Source: Folioceros fuciformis
Lineage: Eukaryota
Direction of reading: 5' to 3'
Assembly: GCA_049999805.1 (NCBI GenBank)
Contig: JBNGIO010005721.1
Coordinates: forward strand, 43,654 to 80,628
DNA: 36,975 nt
The first letter of the stretch is position 1. The number at the start of each line of letters is the position of its first letter. The position numbers and the translations under genes are program-made. The notes beneath the pieces are model-generated. The model did not search any database and had not been told where the DNA came from. It was given only the letters and a program-made list of their open reading frames with translations. This document shows, piece by piece, positions 1-9,659 of this stretch.

Positions 1-420
1 GTCGGGTAGGGACGACTCGGAGAGAGAGAAAATCCTAGAGAGAGAAAGAGAGAGAGAGAGTGGGGCCCACGAGTGGTAGCCCGAAAGACGACGGTAGTAG
101 TCCATTGGGGAACGGAGGGTAGTCCGGTGGCCCACCAAGAGTAGTCCAGGGGAAGGTAGTCCCTAGTGCGACTGGGTGGTACGAGAGTCGTCTGGTGGGA
201 GAAGTAAGGGGGTTGGGTGAGGACCGAGCACTGGACGTGTGTGCGTGGGTCAGTTGAGTTTAGGTGCTAATTGACTTTAGAAGCTAACCTGTGTAGTTTA
301 ACACGTATCATTCCCTTGGGATCGAATCCCAGAGCTACAACAACATAGAGGGCTTGTGTGGACCTCGCGGTACCCCCGGGTACCATATTTTAACCCCACA
401 CCATAGGAGAAAACGTATCA
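1..420. mobile_element. Possible LTR-retrotransposon LTR terminus or other TE remnant
   Basis: Non-coding, with an (AG)n-rich tract at 23-60, repeated TAGTCC words, a hairpin TGGGAT-CGA-ATCCCA at 317-331 and an inverted repeat GGTACCC-CC-GGGTACC at 369-384. It ends in ...ACGTATCA (also at 303-310), compatible with an LTR ...CA end. No PBS, second LTR or TE ORF is visible. Confidence 0.25.
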
Positions 421-726
421 CCATAATCGATCCCTGGTATTTGGCTCGAGACGATTCTTTAAAGACCAGCGTAGCTTGCCGCGGGACCCCATCTATGGAG
501 TAGATTCCGATGGTGGGTGTGCCTTCGTTGCATGGATTGTGCTCTCCTCCCTTGCTTTTCCGCCCTGCCGCCTAGAACCCGAAATGCAGCGCAGGGTTGC
601 TTCTAGGACCTCAGTTTTGCTTTGCTATGCTTGGTTTGGCAGTAAGCAACCGTGGCGTTCAGAAGTTTCGGGTTGCCAATGTGCGGAATTTGATGTCCGA
701 GTGCTTGGAAACAAGCTAACACTAAA

Positions 727-1032
727 GCGTGGTTCTACAATCCCGAGGGGAGCGAGGACTAGACCACCCGGCATCAATTCCGCCCCAATCGGCCGGTTTC
801 TCCCGAGCACTTGCAAGGTGATGATTTTCCCCTCCCGGGCAGGCTTGGATCTTAGGGATGAGATTTGTAGCGGGAATGCTAGGGATTATGCCCAAGCTTT
901 CGTCCTTGACGTGGTTTCGTGGCAACCATTCATGCAGGGCTAGCAATTCTCATCTGGAAGCTGGATGCAGACACTTATTTGGACAACCCGGTGCTAGAGA
1001 GGATAAAAAAGGAGCGCGGGTACAATCACTGG
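727..1032 (+). pseudogene. ARD: Acireductone dioxygenase (ARD) pseudogene fragment, two exons (about 727-817 and 938-1032)
   Basis: Exon A reads AWFYNPEGSED*TTRHQFRPNRPVSPEHLQ with TAG at 760-762 where ARD has Q. A phase-1 GT-AG intron spans 818-937. Exon B reads GLAILIWKLDADTYLDNPVLERIKKERGYNHW and ends at donor GT 1033. Both match the ARD N-terminus (AWYMD..EDQRLPH / W.LDAD.Y....L.KI..ERGY). No in-frame ATG and no downstream HLHxDEEIR exon were found. Confidence 0.75.
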
Positions 1033-1596
1033 GTATGTTGGAAGTGTCAGATTCGTGCTGTGCAGCATCGGAACTTCCGGGTGTCTCCTTCCAGCGACAT
1101 GCAGGCCTTGAGGCTCTTCATCGAGGTGCCAAGACTAGGGATAAAACAAAGTAGGTGTCCTGATCAGGACTCCTACTTTGTGCCCTGTGACTGAAGCGGG
1201 CACAAACGTTATGTCCAAACTGTTTGGACTGCATACAGCTGCCCTAAAATTTATGTGAAAGAACCCATGTTCGTATCAGTATTCCATAGACACACATCTA
1301 GACATAATGAAACATTTTCTGATTGTAGAGTAAAAGATTCAAAACCTAGCCATGATGGAACTTATATACATAACTACAATTCAAAACATCATTACTAGAG
1401 AATTCCAAGCACTTGGTTACTCTTAGCGTTTAAGGTCAATTTGTGACATTCGTAAGCCGGTCTGACCAACGAGAATATCTTACTTTCGTTTGCTCATGGT
1501 GGACTTAGTACTTCACAAGAGGCTAATGAGATTTGATTTCTCACCCCATGCGTAGTCGCCTGCCACCGTCCTGGCTGTGGGCTCCAGGTCAAGGCG

Positions 1597-4296
1597 ATGC
1601 GTCGGGGCATGCTGGTGTCAACCTTACAGATTGGTGAGTGTGCCGGGATTCGACGAGAAGCTCCCGCCAAGTCCGCCTCACGCTCAGGGAGTCAATCCAC
1701 GGCAACCAACCAGGCCTCCAGGTGTAGCAGTCATAGGAGCCCAAAATTTACGCTTCCGACAAAATGTGTGGATGGGGAGGAGGTATGGGTCGATGGTCGT
1801 CGCCAGGAGCAGGAGCACTTGTGGCGACAATGGTTTCTGGATCCTTCCATGTGGTGGGACAGGAGATCAGACAAGAAGAGCTCCCGGTCGCCTGACTTCC
1901 GGCGGAAGGGGTCCGGGGAGGTTCTGTGGTTAGACAGCTTGTTTAAGCCAGCTTGGGTCGATGGGCAGCTCGTTTCCTTGGATACGCAGATCGGTCATGG
2001 TGCCTGTCCTTCCAAGTGGAGCTCTGCTTTGCTGGATAAGACTGAACCTGGAAGGCTTGCAGAATTGGATGTGGGAGTCGTTACTGCCGCGACCGTGAGC
2101 ACACTATGTCAGCAGGGGAAGCATTTTGAGGCTGTGGGAGCTTTGGAAACTTTGGGGCTGACGGACTCTGATGCAGCGATTTCTCGGGCTCTGTTTTACA
2201 CTTTGAAACTGTGTACAGTGAAGAAGGATCTGGCTGTGGGGCAGCGAGTTCATGAACTCGTTGTCGAACTCGGGTACGAGGCGGATGCCTACTTGGGGAA
2301 CCATATCTTGCGCATGTATGCATCTGGGGGTAGGTTGCAGGAGGCTATGGATGTGTTCACCAGGGTTGCCAAACCGGATGGTTTCCTGTGGGTTTCCATC
2401 ATCTCTGCGTATGCCAAGCATGGGAAGCCTAGGGAGGCCATACGTCTGTACCGTGAGATGTGCAGTTCAGGAGTGAAAGCGGATGCCCACGTATTCGTAG
2501 CTGCCCTCAAAGCTTGCACGTTGGCGGCGGACTTGGAGTCTGGCAGAAAAGTGCATTGTGATTTCTTGTACAGTGGGATTCCCCTTAACGTGTTTGTTGG
2601 CAGCTCCCTGGTGGACATGTATGCAAAGTGTGGTGATCTGAAAGCCGCACGCCAGGTTTTTGATGGCATGGCCACGAAGAATGTGATTACGTGGAATGCT
2701 CTGATATCTGGGTATGCAAAATTTGGTGAACTGGAATATGCGCACCAGGTTTTTGACAGTATGACCACTAAGAATGTGGTGACATGGAATGCTCTGATAG
2801 CTGGGTATGTTGAGCACGGGCTCGAACATGATGCACTTCTCCTGCATGGGCAAATGGAGCAAGTGGGCCTTGTTTTAGGTGATAATGTTACTTTTTCTTG
2901 CCTTCTGAAGGCCTGTGCAAGCACTAGTTCCTTACAGAAGGGCAGGCAGCTGCACTCACAGATAGTGGAAAGGGGACTGCTGGATGACATAGTGGTGAGC
3001 AACTGCCTTGTGGACATGTATGCAAAGTGTGGAGAAATGGAGGATGCACGCTGGGTTTTTGACAGCATGGCCACGAGGGATGTGGTGATATGGACTGTGC
3101 TGATTTCGGGGTACGCCGAGCAAGGGCTCGGGCACGAGTCACTTGCTCTGTATAGACAAATGGAGGAGGAGGGCCTCGTGTTGGCTGACACTGTTACTTT
3201 TGCGTGCCTTCTGAAGGCCTGTTCAAGCACTGGTGCCTTGCAGACGGGCAAGCAGCTGCACGCACAGATCGTGCAAAGGGGACTGTTGGATAGCGTAGTG
3301 TTGGGCAGCTGCCTGGTGGACATGTATGCAAAATCTGGTGAACTGCGAAATGCACGCCAGGTATTTGACAGCATGGCCATAAAGGACGTGGTTACATGGA
3401 CAGCGCTGATATCTGGATACGGTATTTGTGATGATGGTCGCAGAGCACTAGCCTGTTTCGAGGAGATGTTAGCTGCCGGTATTCGGCCTAGTGGTGCTAC
3501 TTTTAGTTGCCTTCTTGTTGCATGCAATCATGAGGGGCTGGTTCACGAGGGTCGCAAACACTTTGATTCCATGACTGAACTGCATGGCATCAAACCTAAT
3601 ATCGAGCATTACACCTGTATGATTGATCTTCTTGGGCGCGCAGGCCACTTGGATGAGGCACAGAAGATGCTGGTGTCATGTGAGGGCAGAAGGGATGTTG
3701 TGGGGCTGATGTCTTTGCTGAATGCCTGTCAAATTCACGGGGATATAGAGAGGGCGACCTGGTGCTTTGAATGCATTGTTGAGCTAGACCCCCAGGACGC
3801 AGCCGCATATGTGCTTATGGCCAATGCCTACGCAAAGGCAGGGAGGTGGACCGATGTAGACAGGGTTGAAAGACAGAGAACGGCATCAGAAGCCAACAAG
3901 AAACCTGCAGTGGCGAGCATTGAAGTGAATAAGGAGGTACATAGGTTTTTGGTAGGAGAAGCTAGAGAAGATGTTGCACTTAAAGTAGAGAGAACAACTG
4001 CTCGTCTGAAGCAGGAAGGTGGCCACGTACCTCACACGAAGTTGGTGTTGAAGCCCCTGTGCGAGAAGGAAAAGGACGACTTGCTTTGTGGGCATGCTGA
4101 GAAGCTTGCTCTGGCCTTCGGTCTCCTGAACACCCCTGGTGGTACACCTCTTGTGGTAACGAAGAATCTACGCATGTGCAGCGACTGCCACAGCTCCACC
4201 AAGATCATGTCAAGGCTTGAACAGAGAGACATCGTTGTAAGGGATGGCTACCGTGTACATCGATTCGCAGCAGGTTGTTGCAGTTGTAAGGATTGA
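1597..4296 (+). CDS. PLS-class PPR protein with E1-E2 and DYW:KP-type deaminase domain, plus N-terminal OSB-type PDF motif (candidate U-to-C RNA-editing factor)
   Basis: 899-aa single ORF with about 16 P/L/S/SS motifs, E1/E2, KKPAVASIEV (from 3898), HAEKLALA (from 4093), CSDCH (from 4177) and terminal CSCKD*. The N-terminal region contains LWRQWFLDPSMWWDRRSDKKSSRSPDFRRKGSGEVLWLD...PAWV. Confidence 0.95.
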   Translation: MRRGMLVSTLQIGECAGIRREAPAKSASRSGSQSTATNQASRCSSHRSPKFTLPTKCVDGEEVWVDGRRQEQEHLWRQWFLDPSMWWDRRSDKKSSRSPDFRRKGSGEVLWLDSLFKPAWVDGQLVSLDTQIGHGACPSKWSSALLDKTEPGRLAELDVGVVTAATVSTLCQQGKHFEAVGALETLGLTDSDAAISRALFYTLKLCTVKKDLAVGQRVHELVVELGYEADAYLGNHILRMYASGGRLQEAMDVFTRVAKPDGFLWVSIISAYAKHGKPREAIRLYREMCSSGVKADAHVFVAALKACTLAADLESGRKVHCDFLYSGIPLNVFVGSSLVDMYAKCGDLKAARQVFDGMATKNVITWNALISGYAKFGELEYAHQVFDSMTTKNVVTWNALIAGYVEHGLEHDALLLHGQMEQVGLVLGDNVTFSCLLKACASTSSLQKGRQLHSQIVERGLLDDIVVSNCLVDMYAKCGEMEDARWVFDSMATRDVVIWTVLISGYAEQGLGHESLALYRQMEEEGLVLADTVTFACLLKACSSTGALQTGKQLHAQIVQRGLLDSVVLGSCLVDMYAKSGELRNARQVFDSMAIKDVVTWTALISGYGICDDGRRALACFEEMLAAGIRPSGATFSCLLVACNHEGLVHEGRKHFDSMTELHGIKPNIEHYTCMIDLLGRAGHLDEAQKMLVSCEGRRDVVGLMSLLNACQIHGDIERATWCFECIVELDPQDAAAYVLMANAYAKAGRWTDVDRVERQRTASEANKKPAVASIEVNKEVHRFLVGEAREDVALKVERTTARLKQEGGHVPHTKLVLKPLCEKEKDDLLCGHAEKLALAFGLLNTPGGTPLVVTKNLRMCSDCHSSTKIMSRLEQRDIVVRDGYRVHRFAAGCCSCKD
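1819..1983 (+). other. PDF motif (OSB-family ssDNA-binding motif) within the PPR N-terminus
   Basis: Matches the OSB PDF consensus LW..FF.NP..WWDNR..K.NPK.PDFKHK.TGEALWL....P.WV..QL at nearly all invariant positions. Confidence 0.85.
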
Positions 4297-4608
4297 TCCC
4301 GCAAAGACGGAAAAGAAGAGTTCTAGTACAGTCGATTAAGGATGGCACAGAGCGGCTACTGTTCATCGAGTTCGTCAGGTGAAAAACCTTTACGTTTTGG
4401 AGACATGTGTTCACTGAGACCACGCTCTCTCCACGTAACGCGCCCTACGTAGCGAGTACTCCAAGTAGTCATTTGGGTCCCACCCAGTCCTGTTTGGATC
4501 CACTGCGAGGAAGTTTCCAGGTATGACGTGGACCCATTACCACGAACTTTCGAGGGCATCTTCTGTTTTGGCGGGCACAAAGTATTAAAGTGGGGCTGCT
4601 CGATCAAC

Positions 4609-4889
4609 ATGGCGTTGAGTGGGATGGCGCCACCTCGTCTCGTCTCCATTGGTACGTTGAAATGCGGCAGACCTATCGTGGAATGTCGGCGTCTGGCAAC
4701 AATGAGGTTTCATAGTGTCTGTTTTTCGACTTCTTTCTCGTTGCATCTCTCGTTTCTGATCGCACTTGTTATTACTGAATGCAGCCCCGTCTCATTACTG
4801 CGAAAAGGTGCGTGCATTTTGCTGCCGATGTGGGATGTGCTTCACTATCTGGCCCGTGAGGGGATGCATTGAGGACCTGCTGGATGCTG

Positions 4890-4922
<33 letters not shown>

Positions 4923-6099
4923 CAGGCAAGATGGGCTCTCGAACGAGCTGGTGTGGAGTTCACTGAGGCTAAGCATGTGCCAGGTCTTCATCTCCTCGCT
5001 ACAAAGTGAGTGAGATGTATGTGTGGGTCGTGGATCGAGGTTGGGTGAAGGATTGTGATGAAAGATTGTGGGACTCATGGGAGGGTGGTGGAGGTTTAGG
5101 AATTTGGGGGAAGGGACGAGTTGCCCGAAGCTGGTGATCAAGGGCAGGGATGGGGAGGCGAGCAAAGTGCTGAACCAGTCGACCGAGATACTGCATTTTT
5201 CAGATTCCTATGTCGCCGAGGAGGGAGGTCGGTTGTACCCCGCGGATGAGGAGGCCAGGAAGGTGGTTGAGGAGTGGGGTGAGTTGGGAGTATGGGTTTC
5301 TGTTATTGGTTTTGCAATGATGGTATACTGAGGCTCGTGGGTGGTGTGATGTTTTGGTCGTGGGTTTCAGAGAAGAAGTTTGATGACGTCTTAGGTCCTC
5401 ATCTGCGGAGATGGGCGTACTCTTCTCTGCTCTTTCACAAATGGAGCCACCGGCTTCTCACGGCTGGTGAGTGTGGCGGAGGTTGGACATGGCCTTCGGG
5501 TCTAGGGTGCCAGCCGGAGTGTTGATGTTTGTGTGGGCTTTGCAGGAGCTTCTGCCACGGAGAGGAGAGTAGCATGGGTGATGGGACCGGTTCTGAGACG
5601 TGGGATAGCGAAAGGTGTGGGTCTGGACCAGCCCAACGCAAAGCAGAGATCCCTGGACCGGTTGCGCGAGATTTTCAAGGAGGTGGATGATGCGCTGGCC
5701 GATGGGAGGCCTTTCATCTGCGGGCAGAGCTTCACTGCTGCGGACCTGACGTTTGCTGCCCTCGGCTGTGCATGCGTTGCTGGTGCAGGGTATGATGTGA
5801 GGAAGAATTCGGCATCTCCATGCTGCCTACGAAACACATCTCTTGGCTCATGTTGATGGGTGTGGCATGGCAGGTTTCCTGACATCAACGATCCCGACTG
5901 CCCCAAAGATCTGGCTGATGAAGTGCGAGCCTTCCAGCAGACAGCAGCTGGCAAGGTAAACGATAGGGAAGCAGCGCGGGGCCCCAGTCTTGGAAATCAA
6001 TCCTTTTGCAGCTGACACTTTTGCCTTGTCTTGCTGTAGCACATAATCCATCTTTACAAGTCCGAGCGGCAAAAGGTTGTTGGGTCGAAGAGCAAGTAG
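4609..6099 (+). CDS. Glutathione S-transferase-like protein (SHYCEKARWAL type), 8 exons
   Basis: Exons joined with consistent GT-AG phases: 4609-4651, 4785-4807, 4926-5005, 5100-5278, 5371-5466, 5546-5789, 5874-5955, 6040-6099. The protein has APSHYCEKARWALERAGVEFTE, TSCPKL, QSTEIL, GQSFTAADLTFAAL and AGKHIIHLYKSER. The exon 6 donor is the least certain. Confidence 0.85.
4891..4920. repeat. (TG)15 microsatellite in intron 2 of the GST-like gene
   Basis: Perfect TG dinucleotide run directly before the TTCAG acceptor. Confidence 0.95.
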
Positions 6100-6486
6100 A
6101 ATATGGGGAGCGTCGAAGGCAAGGACGAGAGCTAAAGGAAATTGTGTTATGTGGTGATTTGTGATATTCGCTAGACCGATTTGTGAGTGTCAATTTTAGC
6201 TGAAATGCAAACGATGCGGCCATGCGTATGCACTTTATGATGCAGTAAGAAGAAACGGGAGTGTTGTTTTTAGCTATGGCAATTTGAATGATCAACTTTC
6301 TCCAAGTATTATACAGTAGCAGAAATAGCCGATTGTTGAAACAAAGTTGTGGGTTATCAGACTAGCTGGGCTTACAGTGCACTGAAGGTAGCTTTCACCC
6401 ACGTAAAGAATTTGTCTTGGTGTATGGTATAAAACTATCGTGAACCTTTGGGTACAACAAAACCTCGAAACCGTTATCTAAAGAAG

Positions 6487-7176
6487 TCACATATTCGAGA
6501 CTCGACCGTACCCAGACCTCACAAGCAGATACGACTCCACTCGATCCCCGAACAGTTGTCTGGACACATGCATGAGGAGTAATCTCGAAACGTGACATGT
6601 ACCGGTGACGAAGGTGAAAAACACACCCATACCCAACCCTCCTAGAGAAAACCAGCAGAACACGATGCCTCCGAGGATGGCTGTCCACCACCAGAGGAAC
6701 ATGTGCATGAATGAGAGGGGGAGGAAGCAGAGGAACAGTATCAAAGTCTTTATCAGCCTCGCAACTTGCCATACCTTCTCATCCAGCATGCCGGAAAGCC
6801 ATGCCTTCATGGTCTCCGAATCACTGCCACTGCAATGAGATGGAGCAGCTCTCACCGGGTCCTTCTGTGCAGAGCCAAGTGAAGGATGCTCAGCCTCCGC
6901 TGGCACAGCACAGCTGAGAGTACGAAGAAGCATAAAGTTCTTGGGTAATTTGCCAGACCATAAGCACCATAGCCGGCATTCAGGGCACTGCAAGGCCTTC
7001 TTCCCGGGCTCGGAGCCTGTCATAACCAGCTGCTCCACGCAGCCTCTGCATAATGTGTGGCCGCAATGCAGCACCAGTGGAACGTTCTGTTCTTCTGACA
7101 GCAAGACCCAGCATACAGGACACTCGGGAAGGTGCAATATTCTAACCCCCGGTTGCCGTGACCCCTTGTGATCCAT
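6487..7176 (-). CDS. RING-HC (C3HC4) zinc-finger protein with C-terminal hydrophobic/TM segments, putative membrane E3 ligase
   Basis: ECPVC...LHCGHTLCRGC...QCPECR...LPKNFMLL, followed by hydrophobic helices (LILFLCFLPLSFMHMFLWWWTAILGGIVFCWFSLGGLGMGVFFTF). Single ORF. Confidence 0.85.
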   Translation of the reverse strand: MDHKGSRQPGVRILHLPECPVCWVLLSEEQNVPLVLHCGHTLCRGCVEQLVMTGSEPGKKALQCPECRLWCLWSGKLPKNFMLLRTLSCAVPAEAEHPSLGSAQKDPVRAAPSHCSGSDSETMKAWLSGMLDEKVWQVARLIKTLILFLCFLPLSFMHMFLWWWTAILGGIVFCWFSLGGLGMGVFFTFVTGTCHVSRLLLMHVSRQLFGDRVESYLLVRSGYGRVSNM

Positions 7177-8477
7177 AGCCCGTACATGTTATCTCCTTAC
7201 TGATCCCATCATTCAGCAAACCGCTGTCCAGCTGCTCTCATCGCTGCGTGAGGAACATCACGCAAACAGTCCTCCACATCTATCCTGCCAGCCAGAAATC
7301 AACCTCTTGTGAGCCTCCTCAACCTCAAGAGAAAACCCATCATCACCAACCTGCCAAACACCAAAAACCCACAAAAACCCACTCACCTCCTGTCACCAAG
7401 ACGGACTTCAACCACTCAAGACTCCGATTCCCCCAAACCCAACAACGTATTGCCAACCCTACTGACCTCCGAAATTCCCCATCCCTACACCCATCTACCT
7501 AAAATTTCCAATTGCCCAACATCCCAAGAAGTCTCACCACACAGAGTCGCCCATCACGTGAAGCAGGTCACAAATTCTCGTCCTTTCACGGCCCATTCAA
7601 CCGCCCACCTTCTTCTAAGCGATGCCGGACCCAGGACCACAAATGCTTCACCCCAGCGGAATGCCGGGCTGGGAGTGAAGGGTGCCCATCCTGAGCCACC
7701 TAGCCTCCGCCTCCGCAGATGAAACCAAGTCCTCCTGAAACCTGAGCGCGGGGCAAGGCAGTGAAGCCTGCCCGTCCCACGGTTAAGGAATGAGCTGGCG
7801 TCTAGAAGAAAAAGAGCAGTGCATCGCACCGCTAACTCGACTCCATTCGATCGATACGATTCCAAACTCCCGCGTGCGTGCGTCTCGCCGCTTCGTGAAC
7901 TGGCAGCCCAACCTACCTCGGACGTGCGCTCCCGGCCGTGGCGCCAAACAAGCGCGCCACGTGCTTGCCAAGTCGGAACGCCTCGTGTGGATAGACTGAT
8001 GACGTCACGCCAACCTCGTGGAGCCCGGCCCGGCTCGGGCTTCTCCCGCTTTATGCAACGGAACGCGGCTTGCTTCTCACACACCCCGGCCACTGTCTCT
8101 CCCGTTCCGTTAACTTTGTGCTGGCCGGGACTAGGACTAGGGCCGCACATAAAAAATCCACGCCAACGGCGTGAGGTGCCGGGGAGTGTGTGACTAGATT
8201 CCCGTGAGTCGTGAATCTCTCGCAGGGAGTCGATGCGAGCGTGACTGTGCCTGAGGATGAATCTGCCTTAGACGTGAATTTGTCCGGAGCATGCAGGAAT
8301 TCGAGGCCTGGCAAAATGGGCAGCTCCAATTTCGATGAGAAAGAATGAAGGCTGGAATGTGAGTGAGGTGAGGAATGGCTGCAGAATGCCCGGCAGGATG
8401 CATGGCGAGCTGATGGTGTTGCTCTGCTGCTGACGGGTGCCGGCTGTGGAGCTAGCTGGCGGAAGGGAAGGGCGTAG

Positions 8478-9302
<825 letters not shown>

Positions 9303-9659
9303 GGTTGGCTTGAACTGATAAAGGAAGGCGTCATGATCTTCTTGCTAAGGAAGTGGGCATTCAACTGGACTGAGAATGAGGGAGTGGCAATTGCCTGCCG
9401 GATAGCAGAAATATCTGCACCTCCTCTGATGCTCCTCAGCCCGGAGCATGCAAGCTGTAATTTATTGTGAAGGCCGGATACATGCATCTATCAGATGCGT
9501 GGGGGTGGACGCAGGTCCTAGACTGTTGGAATGGGTACTTCGATGCAGACGTTTCCAACAATCTGTTAGGCTGTTCGCATCTATAGATTGTGGCATCTAT
9601 AGATGGTATTTAAAGTGCTCTTGTAAATGACCCAAAATCAGAGCACCGGTAACCTTTGG

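Noticed and set aside
317-331. tRNA T-arm/B-box-like hairpin GGGATCGAATCCC
   Set aside because: No cloverleaf, A box or acceptor stem can be built around it.
760-762. TAG in the ARD fragment as a stop codon repaired by U-to-C editing
   Set aside because: PPR-mediated editing acts on organellar transcripts. This is a nuclear intron-containing fragment that also lacks a start and catalytic exons, so simple pseudogenisation is more likely.
476-943. 155-aa ORF starting at a TTG
   Set aside because: It has a non-ATG start and no motif, and overlaps the ARD relic in a different frame.
2289-3527. 412-aa antisense ORF, and the many antisense ORFs over the other PPR genes
   Set aside because: These are shadow frames of repetitive PPR coding sequence with no independent protein motifs.
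7956-8008. G-box (CACGTG) and TGACGTCA elements in the RING/NSI divergent region
   Set aside because: Short motifs like these are expected by chance in GC-rich DNA and cannot be supported without TSS or conservation data.
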